Positions 9,602 to 19,515 of a stretch of 64,000 nucleotides of DNA are shown piece by piece; position 1 is the stretch's first letter; every line of letters begins with the position of its first letter. The notes beneath the pieces were generated by a model. The model saw only the letters and a list, made by a program, of their open reading frames with translations, was not told where the DNA came from and searched no databases. The position numbers were made by a program, and so were the translations under genes. The stretch comes from Myxococcota bacterium. GTDB taxonomy: Bacteria > Myxococcota_A > Polyangia > Nannocystales > Nannocystaceae. The stretch lies in contig JBCCHT010000014.1 in NCBI GenBank assembly GCA_039028615.1, positions 32,001 to 96,000 of the forward strand, written 5' to 3'.

Positions 9602-10501
9602 CTACGGAGTGGGTCGCCGCTGCAAGGGCCAGTGCTCTTGGTGGGCGCGTGCCTTCAGCCGCCCCGCGAACTCCCGGACCCGCGGCGTCATCACGCGTCC
9701 GGCGGGGCGCAGCAGGTGCACGGGCTGTCGGGGCAGGCTCCAGTCGTCGAGGATCACCGACAGGCCGGTGCCCTGCAGCGCACCGGGGCTGCACATCGGA
9801 TGCGGGAGCATGGCCGCCCCCAGGCCCCGCATCGCCGCCCGCATCAACACCCCGTAGTCGTTGATCCGCAGCCGTGGATTGGTGGAGACCACCGCTCGGT
9901 CCTGCTCGCGTTCGAAGGTCACGTCCTGCCCGGAGAACGACAGCAACACCCCTGCGAGATCACGGGGATGCGCGGCCGTGATCGACGACGGAGCCACCAC
10001 CCGCAGTGCGACATGGCCCAAGTGCGTGGCCACCAGGCGCTCGTCGGCGACCGGCCCCATGCGGAGCGCCAGGTCGAAGCCTTCCGCCACCAGGTCGACC
10101 CGTCGCGACACCAGGTCCATCTCGATCGACAGCTCGGGGAACTCGTCGAGCAGCTCGAGCATCAGGTCGCGACACAGCAGCGGACCCATCGTGGGTGGGG
10201 CCGCGATGCGCAGCACTCCCCGCGGCTGCCCGTGCGCGACCTCGGCGGCCTCCGCCACGTGGTCGAGTGCCCGCAGCGCATCGCGAGCGCGCTCGAGCAC
10301 ATCGTTGCCCGCCGCCGTGGGAGCCACCGCGCGCGTCGTTCGATGCAGCAACCGCAGCCCTAGGTGCTCCTCGAGCCGAGCGATCTGACGGCTGACCGTG
10401 GGCCGCGGCAGCGCCAGCTCCTGCGCAGCCGCGGTGAAACTTCGATGCTCCACCACCGCCACGAACGTTCGCAGATCATCCGGCCTGACTGGTTCACCCA
10501 A
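9602..10501 (-). CDS. LysR-family transcriptional regulator
   Basis: N-terminal HTH LRTFVAVVEHRSFTAAAQELALPRPTVSRQIARLEEHLGLRLLHRTTR; VDLVAEGFDLALR in the substrate domain. Confidence 0.95.
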   Translation of the reverse strand: MGEPVRPDDLRTFVAVVEHRSFTAAAQELALPRPTVSRQIARLEEHLGLRLLHRTTRAVAPTAAGNDVLERARDALRALDHVAEAAEVAHGQPRGVLRIAAPPTMGPLLCRDLMLELLDEFPELSIEMDLVSRRVDLVAEGFDLALRMGPVADERLVATHLGHVALRVVAPSSITAAHPRDLAGVLLSFSGQDVTFEREQDRAVVSTNPRLRINDYGVLMRAAMRGLGAAMLPHPMCSPGALQGTGLSVILDDWSLPRQPVHLLRPAGRVMTPRVREFAGRLKARAHQEHWPLQRRPTP

Positions 10502-10512
10502 CGAAACAATCC

Positions 10513-10555
10513 TTTGACTCAGACAGCATTGAACGCATACGCATCATCAGTCAAA
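10513..10555. promoter_or_regulatory. Possible operator in the AT-richer LysR divergent intergenic region
   Basis: Inverted repeat TTTGACT-N29-AGTCAAA between divergent starts at 10501 and 10564. Confidence 0.35.
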
Positions 10556-10563
10556 CCTAGATC

Positions 10564-11043
10564 GTGGCCTCGATGCTCCTGTTCGGCGTGAACGTCGCGT
10601 TCTCGATGGCCGTCTGGGGCTACGTGCTCGCCCGGTGGCTGCGGCCGTGGATGGCTCGCCAACCGCTCGGCGCCGCGCTGACCCCCATCCTGCTACTGCA
10701 CATGACTCGCGCCAACGGGGCCGGCTTCGTCATCGAGGGTGTCGCCAGTGCACAGCTCGAGGCGGCGATGGCCGTGCCCGCCGCGACGGGAGACCTGCTC
10801 GCCGCCTCGTTGGCCGCGCTCGCGTTGCTCGGCTTTCGTCGCAACGAAGCCGCGGGCCGAGCGATGGCCTGGCTGTTCACCGTGGTCGGCCTGTGCGACC
10901 TAGCCATCGTCGCCACGCTGGTCGCCGCCTACCGCGTCGATCCGGGTGATCTGGGCGCAATGTACTTCGTGGTCGTGGGGGTGGTGCCCGGCTTGATGCT
11001 CACCCACCTGCTGGCCCTGCAAACGCTGAGGAACAAACAATGA
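10564..11043 (+). CDS. Small integral membrane protein (about 4-5 TM), probable LysR target
   Basis: Several hydrophobic segments; divergent from LysR; overlaps the next ORF by 4 nt. Confidence 0.75.
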   Translation: MASMLLFGVNVAFSMAVWGYVLARWLRPWMARQPLGAALTPILLLHMTRANGAGFVIEGVASAQLEAAMAVPAATGDLLAASLAALALLGFRRNEAAGRAMAWLFTVVGLCDLAIVATLVAAYRVDPGDLGAMYFVVVGVVPGLMLTHLLALQTLRNKQ

Positions 11044-11549
11044 CGTTCATCGAACGATCCATCCAGGTCGATGCCCCCGCCGCCGCGGTCTGGGGGGTGT
11101 TCGCCGATTTTGCCGGAGTGGCCCAGTGGCACCCGTACATGGAGGGCGCCCACCTCGACGAAGGCTCGGCCGAGCACGGCATCGGGGCCGCGAGGATCTG
11201 CGAGTTCGGCCCCAAGATGGCCATTCGCGAGACCGTGCGGACCTGGGACGACGACGGCGCGATGACCATCTCCATCGATTTCATCCGCGGCATGGCCCCG
11301 CCCATCCGCGACATCGTGGCGGGTGTCTGCGTCACCGCCACGGGGCCCACGAGCTCCACGCTCACGCTGACCATGAGGTACGAGACCAAGCTGTGGGTGC
11401 TGGGCATGCTCGCCGACCACTTCATGGTCGTGCCGCAGTACCGCGCCGTATTCGGGCACATGCTCGCCGCGGCCAAGGCCTATGCGGAGACGGGGGCGGC
11501 GATCGAGCCCATTGCCATGCCCGGAAGCGGACGACAGCTGGCGAACTAA
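11040..11549 (+). CDS. SRPBCC (polyketide cyclase/dehydrase-like) family protein
   Basis: N-terminal IERSIQVDAPAAAVWGVFADF...WHP and GIGAARICEF patterns. Confidence 0.85.
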   Translation: MTFIERSIQVDAPAAAVWGVFADFAGVAQWHPYMEGAHLDEGSAEHGIGAARICEFGPKMAIRETVRTWDDDGAMTISIDFIRGMAPPIRDIVAGVCVTATGPTSSTLTLTMRYETKLWVLGMLADHFMVVPQYRAVFGHMLAAAKAYAETGAAIEPIAMPGSGRQLAN

Positions 11550-11606
11550 CGCCCGGACCTAGTTGAACATCGACGAGCTGAGACCGCGCACCCGTGCTAC
11601 GCGTGG

Positions 11607-12674
11607 GTGGCCATGATTGGCCGCCCGTCCCCGCCGATGTCCACCCGCTGCCCCCACGGGCTCGTGCTGCTGCTCGCCCTTTGTACCCCTCTCGGCTGCA
11701 CGAAGAAGCCATCGCGGCTCGAGACCGCCTCGAAGCAGATCGAAGCCGACAACGCGAACGAGCTCCAGCAGGCTCAGGCCGCGCTGCCCCAGCTCCCGTC
11801 CGGCTCCGCGCCACCCGAGGGAGTGCCCGCTCAGCTGTGGACCGACCTGCACTGGCTGCCCACCGACGTCGCGGGGATCAACGGCACCGGACCTGGGCAC
11901 GAGCCGTTCATCGCCCACTGGTTCTTCGGCTTGCCCACGGGGCAGGATCCAGACTGCAAGGCGCTGCAAGAGGGGCTCTCACGCGGCTACGGCATCGAGT
12001 GGTCTCAGCCTCCCCAGAGCTTCGTGCTGTTCGGCAGCGGGACATTGGAGCAAGTCGAAGGGTGCGCCAAAGCAGCCACCAGCGCCCTGCGTGGCTCGGC
12101 CCATGTCGACAAAGACACGCTGTTCGTGCGCACGGACATGGGCAACGCGGAGCTCCGGTTCGCCACGCAGGGCGAACAGCTCGTGCTGGTCATCGACGAC
12201 GGGAGGTTGGGTCGCGTGGCGGATGCACAGGCCAACCGCTTGCGCGGCGACGAGAACCTGATGGCCTTGCTCACGAAGGTCGACCCCGCGCGTGCCACCT
12301 GGTCTGCGACGACCAACGACATGACGCAGGTGCCCGTTGGGGTGCCGAGTCTCGGGTACACGCTCCACAACGATGGCCCCAACACGAAGTTGGAGCTGCG
12401 CTTCGCCTTCGAAAGCTCCGCCGAAGCCGAGCGGGCCCTCGCGGCCACGCCCGCGCTCTTCGAGAAGATGGAGGCCATGCTCGGCAAACCGGTGGAGCGG
12501 GATCTTCGACGAGACGCGGAGACGGTGACGCTCATCGTGGACCCCGCGGTCATGCTCGCCATGCCCCCGGAAAAACTGGCCGAGCTCAATCAGACGCTAG
12601 AGGCCCTCGCGGCCGAACGAGCCGGCGGTCCCGATCCAGTGCAGCCTCCGGCCCCCGCCGAGGCTGCACCGTAG
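11607..12674 (+). CDS. Hypothetical lipoprotein (start possibly about 11637)
   Basis: Signal and lipobox LVLLLALCTPLGC; coding-like 355-aa ORF. Confidence 0.65.
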   Translation: MAMIGRPSPPMSTRCPHGLVLLLALCTPLGCTKKPSRLETASKQIEADNANELQQAQAALPQLPSGSAPPEGVPAQLWTDLHWLPTDVAGINGTGPGHEPFIAHWFFGLPTGQDPDCKALQEGLSRGYGIEWSQPPQSFVLFGSGTLEQVEGCAKAATSALRGSAHVDKDTLFVRTDMGNAELRFATQGEQLVLVIDDGRLGRVADAQANRLRGDENLMALLTKVDPARATWSATTNDMTQVPVGVPSLGYTLHNDGPNTKLELRFAFESSAEAERALAATPALFEKMEAMLGKPVERDLRRDAETVTLIVDPAVMLAMPPEKLAELNQTLEALAAERAGGPDPVQPPAPAEAAP

Positions 12675-12699
12675 CTCGGCGAGGCGGTCCCGCCGGGGT

Positions 12700-15600
12700 T
12701 CAGCCCCCGGTCGAGCTGCCGCCGTCGGTGTCGGACTCGTCTCCGCCCGTACCCGTGCCCGTGCCGTCCATCGGCTCCTCGTCTTGGCAGACCACGTCGG
12801 GCGCATACTGGCCGTTGCAGAACGCCCCCGCCTGGGGCCACAGCTTGCCGAACTGGTCGACGTACTGCGTGTTCTCGGGGTCGTAGACGAAGTCGCACAG
12901 ATCGCAGGCGTCGCCCACCCCGTCGTGGTCCTGGTCGCGAGGCGGCAGCAGACACAAGTTGTCCCACAGCGCCACGAGGTCGCCGCCGACATCCTCGAGC
13001 CCGAGGTCCACGTTGTCCTCGGGACCGGCCATGCCCGCGTCGGCCAGCGCCTCTTCGCACCCGGGCGGCAGCTGCAGCACGCCGGGCGTCTCGATCACAT
13101 CGTCGGGCAGCGCCCGGCACTGGCGGGCCTCTTCTTGGGCCTCGGTGCAGTCGAGACGCACGGGGATGCCGTCGGGATCGGTCATCGTCAACCCGGTGAC
13201 CACGTTGGTGAGGCTGCCGTCCGACTCCTCGACGATCTCGACCGAGCAGCAGTAGCCCGAGGACGTGACCTCGCGGAAGGCCATGGGCCGCGGCTCGTTG
13301 CGGTCGTCGCAGCTGGCCCCCACCTCGCACTCGAAGCCGATGAAGTCCCCGTCTTCGTCGCCCAGCTGCACGACCCCGTCGAACAGCTGCATGGGGTTGG
13401 CCACGAAGGCACAGGTGTCGCAGATGTCCCCGAGCCCGTCGCCGTCGGTGTCGACGTGGTCGCAGATGCCCGTGGCATCGTCGGGCTCGACCTTCTCGCA
13501 GCGGCGGTTCTCCGGGCAATCGACGTCCTGCTCGCAGGAGATGGCATCGGCCAGCGGCTGCCTCGGGCAGGCATCGACCAAGTTGGCCACCCCGTCCTGG
13601 TCGAAGTCGTCGGCATCGGCAAAGCCCACGGGGCCGGCCGAGCCGGGGCCCTGCATGCCCTGGCAGGCGTCGCCGAGCAGGTCGGAGTCGTCGTCTCGCT
13701 GACAGCGTCCCGGGTCGTCGAAGGCGATGGGATCCCCCACCGCGTAGGGATCGTCGGGCCCGTTGCCATCGCAGTTGGCCACGGTCGGGCAGTTGTCACA
13801 GACGTCACCGATGCCGTCTTGGTCGGCGTCTCCTTGGAAGGGGATGTTCCGCGCGTACATGTACAGCGGGACGTTCAGCTCTTCGGCGTCGTCGTTGTAC
13901 TGCTTGACCGCCTGGCGGCAGTTGTCGCAGTCGTTGCCGATGCCATCGCGGTCGGAGTCGGCGGAGTTGATGGTCGCGCTGGGCACCACCGGGCACAGGT
14001 CGACGACGTCCCCCACCCCGTCGCGATCCACGTCGCTCTGATCGCGGTTGTAGACGTCCTCGGCGTTGTCACAGGAGAACTGGAGGCCATCGAGATCGAG
14101 GTCCTCCTTGCACTTGGGATCGTCGATGAGGAAGTCGTAGGTGTACTCGGAGCCGCCGTCGGGCAGCCCGGTGACCAGCGGCATGCCGCACGCGTCCCAG
14201 AAGGCGTCCTGGTAGGCGGTGGGGTCGGCCATCTCCCCGATGGTGCCCAGGCCCGGCACCGCCACGCGGTAGCGCTGCTCGGGCTGCAGCACGGCGCGGA
14301 ACTCGGCCGGATCGATGCGCACCCCGAGCACGCCGATCTGCCGACCGGTGGTGTCCACCGTCAGGCAGGGCGGCACGCAGGCGCCCCGCTCCACGCGCTC
14401 GGCATCGGTGGCCGCACAGTCGGGGCCGCCCGCCACCGGACCCAGCGCGCAGCCGTCGGTGGGCGGCAGCAGCTCCCCCGCCTCGTCGATGCGCCAGATC
14501 TCGACCTTGGCCAGGTTCTCCGGGGACAGGTCGTACTTGTTGGAAAAGCCGATCTGGTAGTCGTCGCAGGCCCCGATCCGCAGGTTGTCGGAGGGGAAGC
14601 CGCTGTCGGGCACGACGTGGAACTGCGGCGTCTCGAAGCTGTAGATCGACTTGCCCGACAGCGTGTTGCCGCGCTTGTCCCTGAGGTACTCGCCCTCGTC
14701 CGGGTCTTGGAAGACGACGGTATAGGACTGCCCCGAGCACATTGCCCGGTCGAAGTCCTCGAAGTTCTCGGCGCGCTGGTCGAAGGGATCGTTGGCTCGC
14801 CACCCGTCGCGGATCGTCCGGGGGCTGATGTTGCCGCGATCTTGGGCGCAGGCCTCCACGCTCGCCCGCGGGATTCCACCCCAGTCGGCGGGCTGCCACT
14901 CGAAGCCCTTGATGGCGGGATCGTAGATGACCCCACCGCGACGCGAGACGAGCTTGACCGCATACTCGCCCTCGCGCTCGGGACGAACGCGGCCGTTTTC
15001 GTCGACACACGTGGCGGCCACGGCATCGACACACTCGGGCGGCGCCGCGGACAAGTCGGTGCAGATGCAGTCCTTGGTGATCTCGGGCAGGAAGCGGTTG
15101 CGGTCGGCCCGAGGCAGCGGCACCAGGTTGCGCTGGTAGACGGGGTCGCAGCGCTCCTCGTCGTCCACGAAGGGCCCGCCGAGCTCGGCCGCGCAGCACT
15201 CGGAGGCGAGCATGCGGCCGTCCTGGTCGGAATCGCAGAACGACAGCTGGCTGTTGGCCTGGGCCGTCTGACAGTTGTTGCCTTCCTCGTCGCACACGGG
15301 GAAGGTGGTGGTGCTGCGATAGCAGGCCCCCGCCCCGCGGTCGTCGAAGCGGGCATCGACGCAGTAGCCCTGGGCCCCGGTGGTGTCCGGCTGGGCGCGG
15401 CACTGCACGAACCACGGGGCCCGGCAGGTGCCCTCGACGCAGCTCGGATCGCTGGCGTCGACCATGCAGGCCTCGCCGTCGTCGTTGGTGCCCACGCAGA
15501 TGGACCCCGGCAGGTCGAGCCCCTCGATGTCCTGACACTGCGCCGAAGCGACACACGCATGCCCGGCCGACTCGAGCCACTGCGGGCGCTCTTGCGGGTG

Positions 15601-16695
15601 GGTCTCGCGCAGCTTGTCGTACTGCGGGAGCCGGAAGGTCTCGCGCTCGCAGCTTGGGTCGGCCGGATCGCAGGCCCAGGCGTAGTCGTAGCTCAGCGTC
15701 TCTTTGGCGCGATCGACCGCGGGGATGAAGCCCCGACAGTCGAGCAGCGGATCGCCGTCGATGTTGCAGGTCAGGGCGCCGCCCGGCGGCACGATGCCCT
15801 CGGCGTCGGGCGCCAGGGGCCGTCGCAGGTTCTCGGGGCGCAGCAGATCGCTGCCCTCGAGCACCGCGCCCGAGCCGGTGTCGACGGCCGAGAGCACGCC
15901 GTACTTCGCCACCTGGGTCGACAACGCGAAGTCGCACTCGGAGCAGCAGGTGTCGGGCCCGTCCTCGGGGTTGGAGCAGGTCTGACCACTGCCCTCGCCC
16001 ACGGCCCGGCTGTCCCAGCGGCCTCGCGTCGCCTTGATGGTGCCGTCGAGCCGCATCTTGAGCGGGTTGCCCGTGGTCGGGTCGACGGTGTTGCAGGGGT
16101 CGTTGCTCGGGTCGGCGTAGTCCTCGTGGCCGTAGCCGATGCCCTGGTCGCGCAGGTTGTCGACGCACGCGAGGTTCACGATGCGAGCGACCCGGTCCGG
16201 GTCCCCCGAGGCGCCGATGCGATAGTCCCCGTTGAAGCGGGTGATCGGCCCCTCGATCTCGAGCACCTGGGTCTTCCAGTCGTAGACCTCGTACAGCTGC
16301 GGGTTGTCGGGTCGCCGCCGCACCAGCTCGATCGAGGTGGGATCGAGCAGGTTGTTGAACACGAACTCGATGCCAAAGGCGGTGATGAGCGGGGAGATGC
16401 GGCAGTACTCCTCGGCGCCCCGCGGCGACTCGAGGGCGTCCTCGCTCAGCTCGCAGGGCCCGATGGGCTCGATGAAGTAGTGCCCCTCGGTGAGCTCGCC
16501 CGGGCAGCGGTCGCCCTCGCACTCGGGGCCGAGCACGTGCACCTTGCGGGACGCGTAGTTGACCCCGCTGATGCTCTCGAGGACGAGGTTGTGGGGGTCA
16601 CAAATGCCGCAATCGGGATCGTCGACGCAGCCGCCCAGGGTCGGCAGCGCTCCCAGCAGCAGCAAGAGGCCGGTCGCTCGGGTGGCCATGGTCAT
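12700..16695 (-). CDS. Large Cys-rich lipoprotein with thrombospondin type-3 (Ca-binding) repeats
   Basis: Lipobox LGGC after a hydrophobic signal; many DxDxDGxGDxCDxC repeats (DSDRDGIGNDCDNC, DADQDGIGDVCDNC, DTDGDGLGDICDTC, DQDHDGVGDACDLC); G/T/D-rich tail. Confidence 0.88.
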   Translation of the reverse strand: MTMATRATGLLLLLGALPTLGGCVDDPDCGICDPHNLVLESISGVNYASRKVHVLGPECEGDRCPGELTEGHYFIEPIGPCELSEDALESPRGAEEYCRISPLITAFGIEFVFNNLLDPTSIELVRRRPDNPQLYEVYDWKTQVLEIEGPITRFNGDYRIGASGDPDRVARIVNLACVDNLRDQGIGYGHEDYADPSNDPCNTVDPTTGNPLKMRLDGTIKATRGRWDSRAVGEGSGQTCSNPEDGPDTCCSECDFALSTQVAKYGVLSAVDTGSGAVLEGSDLLRPENLRRPLAPDAEGIVPPGGALTCNIDGDPLLDCRGFIPAVDRAKETLSYDYAWACDPADPSCERETFRLPQYDKLRETHPQERPQWLESAGHACVASAQCQDIEGLDLPGSICVGTNDDGEACMVDASDPSCVEGTCRAPWFVQCRAQPDTTGAQGYCVDARFDDRGAGACYRSTTTFPVCDEEGNNCQTAQANSQLSFCDSDQDGRMLASECCAAELGGPFVDDEERCDPVYQRNLVPLPRADRNRFLPEITKDCICTDLSAAPPECVDAVAATCVDENGRVRPEREGEYAVKLVSRRGGVIYDPAIKGFEWQPADWGGIPRASVEACAQDRGNISPRTIRDGWRANDPFDQRAENFEDFDRAMCSGQSYTVVFQDPDEGEYLRDKRGNTLSGKSIYSFETPQFHVVPDSGFPSDNLRIGACDDYQIGFSNKYDLSPENLAKVEIWRIDEAGELLPPTDGCALGPVAGGPDCAATDAERVERGACVPPCLTVDTTGRQIGVLGVRIDPAEFRAVLQPEQRYRVAVPGLGTIGEMADPTAYQDAFWDACGMPLVTGLPDGGSEYTYDFLIDDPKCKEDLDLDGLQFSCDNAEDVYNRDQSDVDRDGVGDVVDLCPVVPSATINSADSDRDGIGNDCDNCRQAVKQYNDDAEELNVPLYMYARNIPFQGDADQDGIGDVCDNCPTVANCDGNGPDDPYAVGDPIAFDDPGRCQRDDDSDLLGDACQGMQGPGSAGPVGFADADDFDQDGVANLVDACPRQPLADAISCEQDVDCPENRRCEKVEPDDATGICDHVDTDGDGLGDICDTCAFVANPMQLFDGVVQLGDEDGDFIGFECEVGASCDDRNEPRPMAFREVTSSGYCCSVEIVEESDGSLTNVVTGLTMTDPDGIPVRLDCTEAQEEARQCRALPDDVIETPGVLQLPPGCEEALADAGMAGPEDNVDLGLEDVGGDLVALWDNLCLLPPRDQDHDGVGDACDLCDFVYDPENTQYVDQFGKLWPQAGAFCNGQYAPDVVCQDEEPMDGTGTGTGGDESDTDGGSSTGG

Positions 16696-16768
16696 TGCGC
16701 TCCCCCAAAACGAAAACGCGGCCCGGCCGTTACCAGCCACGCCGCGCGTGAAGTCTCGAAACCGGGGC

Positions 16769-17206
16769 TCAGCCCTTGAGGTTGTCGGGAATCTTCTTGT
16801 CCTTGTTCTTCATGATGCCCAGCACCTCGGCCCCGGCCTGCTTGGCCAGGTCGAGCACCTCGACCGCCGTCCCGTACTTGGCGCTGTCGTCGAAGTCGAC
16901 GAAGACGACCTTCTTGTCGCGAACCTCGAGCTGGCGAGCGATCTCCTCGGACAGCCGGGTACGGTCGACGGGGTTGCGGTTGAGCGTGAGGCCGCCCTCC
17001 TTGGTGAGGCCGATGACCAGGGTCTCCTGGGCCGGCTTCTCCCGCGGGGGCTTCTTGCTCTCGGGCGGCACACGGACCGAAATCTCCGGTACGTTCTGCG
17101 GCACCATCACCATGAAGATGATGAGCAGCACGAGGCACACGTCGACCAGAGGTGTGACGTTGATTTCGCTGTTGGCTCCTCCCGAGGAGCCGGCGGACAT
17201 GCCCAT
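16769..17206 (-). CDS. ExbD/TolR family motor subunit
   Basis: SEINVTPLVDVCLVLLIIFMV with the conserved TM Asp; KYGTAVEVLDLAKQAG. Confidence 0.93.
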   Translation of the reverse strand: MGMSAGSSGGANSEINVTPLVDVCLVLLIIFMVMVPQNVPEISVRVPPESKKPPREKPAQETLVIGLTKEGGLTLNRNPVDRTRLSEEIARQLEVRDKKVVFVDFDDSAKYGTAVEVLDLAKQAGAEVLGIMKNKDKKIPDNLKG

Positions 17207-17340
17207 GGTGGGTTCTCCCTAAAGTCGAGTCGTTGTCCGAATCGAAGAAGCGGAGACGGGTGTCCATCACCTGTCTCCAAGTCGAAGCGCCCCTCACGCT
17301 TACAGGTCGTTGCCGACCCCGCGGGGGCGCCGATTCGCGT

Positions 17341-17847
17341 TTACTGGGGCGACGGCGCGCTTCCCCCGTCGGCGATGTCGACCACGAGTGCGATTTCCTC
17401 GGGCGGCACGTCGAGCGTGTTGATCCACTCCATCACGATGCGAACCCGACCGTAGTCGGTCTCCACATCACCCTTGATGAACAGGATGGGCTCGTCGGCC
17501 TTGCCGTTGGCTTTCGCCTTGCCAATCGCGACCTTGAGGTCGTCCTTGAGGCGGTTGAGGAAGTTCGACTTCTCCAGATACAGGTCCTGCTCGATCCAGG
17601 CCCCTTCGTCGTCGACCGACACGAAGACCTGATCGCCTTCCTTGTGCTCGGCCGCGGCGGCCAGCTCGGGAAGTCTCACCGCACGGCCACGCCCCAGCAT
17701 CGGGGTGACGACCATGAAGATGATGAGAAGGACGAGACAGACGTCCACCAACGGGGTCACGTTGATGGCGCTGTTGGGGGCCTCGTGCTTGACCCCTTTG
17801 TCGCTCTTGTAGGGGACGCGTCGCCGCCCCCCCAGGCCGCTGCTCAT
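17341..17847 (-). CDS. ExbD/TolR family motor subunit
   Basis: INVTPLVDVCLVLLIIFMVVTPML; IKGD...DYGRVRIVM. Confidence 0.93.
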   Translation of the reverse strand: MSSGLGGRRRVPYKSDKGVKHEAPNSAINVTPLVDVCLVLLIIFMVVTPMLGRGRAVRLPELAAAAEHKEGDQVFVSVDDEGAWIEQDLYLEKSNFLNRLKDDLKVAIGKAKANGKADEPILFIKGDVETDYGRVRIVMEWINTLDVPPEEIALVVDIADGGSAPSPQ

Positions 17848-18572
17848 GAGTAGCGGCCCTCCTTGAGGACGAAGTCGATGAGCTCCGAGGCCACGTCGTT
17901 CATGTCGATCTGGTAGGACTCGACGCGAGCGTTGAAGGCGTTGAAGAGCATCACGGCCGGGATGGCGACCAGCAGACCGGCCGCGGTAGCGACCAGCGCC
18001 TCGGAAATACCACCCGAAACCGCCGCCAGACCGCCGCCGCCGTCAGACGACAGGCCCTGGAAGGAGTTGATGATACCGACGACGGTACCGAGCAGACCGA
18101 CGAACGGAGCGGTGGAACCGACGGTGGCGAGCCAGGTGAGGCCACGCTTGAGGTTGGCCGTCTCGCGCTCCTTGGCGCGCTCCATCTGACGGTTGACGGC
18201 ATCGACCAGGTCGAAGTCGCCGACGTCGTCGGGCCCCTCTTCACGGAGTGCCTCGAGACCTTCGAGGTATTCGCGCAAGCCTGCGCCCACGACCTTGGCG
18301 ACCGGCGAGTCGGGGTGCTGCTGCGCCCCCTGTACGGCCTCCTCGATCTTGCGCTCTTGCAGGTAGGTGCGCAGCATCATGATGTAGTTGATCGACTGAC
18401 GCTTCGCGCGGCCGTAGGCCCGCAGGCGTTCGAAGATGATCGCCAGCGCGATCACGAACATGATGATCAGGCCGACGAGCACCGCCTTGGCGAAGAAGCC
18501 CATCTCGGCCCACATGCCTTCGAACGAGAAGTCGGCGGCGCCTTCGGCGAGTAAGATCGGGAGGTGGTCCAT
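17844..18572 (-). CDS. MotA/TolQ/ExbB proton channel subunit
   Basis: LATVGSTAPFVGLLGTVVGIINSF...GISEALVATAAGLLVAIPAV. Confidence 0.95.
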   Translation of the reverse strand: MDHLPILLAEGAADFSFEGMWAEMGFFAKAVLVGLIIMFVIALAIIFERLRAYGRAKRQSINYIMMLRTYLQERKIEEAVQGAQQHPDSPVAKVVGAGLREYLEGLEALREEGPDDVGDFDLVDAVNRQMERAKERETANLKRGLTWLATVGSTAPFVGLLGTVVGIINSFQGLSSDGGGGLAAVSGGISEALVATAAGLLVAIPAVMLFNAFNARVESYQIDMNDVASELIDFVLKEGRYS

Positions 18573-18644
18573 GGTCTTTTGGCTTGTCCTGTGACCTTCG
18601 GAGTCTTGTTGGGTGGGTGAGCGTGCGAACCCGGCTTGGGAACG

Positions 18645-19457
18645 CTAATCGAACAGGATTCGGAACTCGACCGTACTGCAGCTCTCGATGGGCTTACCGC
18701 CCACGATTTTGGCTTTGAAACGCCACTTGGAGACGGTCTCTTGACAGATTCGGTTGACCTGAGGGTCGTGCGGGTACTTCTTGGTGACCTTGACCCCCTT
18801 GGTCTTGCCACCGGTACCCACGCAGAACTTGACCTTCACCGAGCCCGGCCGCTTGTCGAACTTCGCGGCCTTGGTGGCCTGAAGCTTCTTCTGGTCGGGG
18901 TCGGGAGTGTAGATGCCGCGACTCTTGATGGCCGTAATCGGCTCCATCACGACCTCTTTTTTGGCGTCGTCGGGATTGCGCTTGGTCGCAACGCCACCGG
19001 GGACGCCACCTAACACACCACCGACCACACCGCCGACGACACCACCCGGCACACCGCCGGGAACACCCCCTGGCACACCGCCGGGGATCTTCGGGCCCTT
19101 CTTGCCCGGGGTCTTCTTGGCGTCGGGAATCTTGTCCGGCGTCTCCTTGGGCTGGACGATCTCTTCCTGCGGGACTTCCTCGTCCGGGATGTCGTCCTCG
19201 GGCTCGGGCTCCGGCTCGGTATCGTCACCCGCGGGGGGCGGAGGCGGCGGAGGTGGAGGCGGCGGCTCCTCGGCGAGCATGACCGTCACCGCGTACTTCG
19301 ACGTCGGCGGATCCACCTTGTTGATCGTCATCTTGTCGGCAACCCAACCGAAGATGAGAAACGCAGCGGTAGTCACCCCAGCCGCGGTCGCGGCGATTTG
19401 GAGACGCAGGCGGCGGCGCGGGTCGCCGCCCTGGTAGTGCATGTAATGCTCGAACAT
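18645..19457 (-). CDS. TonB-like energy transducer (poly-Pro and GGVP repeats)
   Basis: N-terminal TM, 11 consecutive Pro, GGVPGGVPGGVPGGVVGGVVGGVLGGVPGG, and a TonB_C-like end (PGSVKVKFCVG..G...VSKWRFK). Confidence 0.88.
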   Translation of the reverse strand: MFEHYMHYQGGDPRRRLRLQIAATAAGVTTAAFLIFGWVADKMTINKVDPPTSKYAVTVMLAEEPPPPPPPPPPPAGDDTEPEPEPEDDIPDEEVPQEEIVQPKETPDKIPDAKKTPGKKGPKIPGGVPGGVPGGVPGGVVGGVVGGVLGGVPGGVATKRNPDDAKKEVVMEPITAIKSRGIYTPDPDQKKLQATKAAKFDKRPGSVKVKFCVGTGGKTKGVKVTKKYPHDPQVNRICQETVSKWRFKAKIVGGKPIESCSTVEFRILFD

Positions 19458-19515
19458 CAGCTTGGTCCTCGGCGTTGCTCGGATCCGTGCGAACGCTCGT
19501 CACGCCGATCTGGCG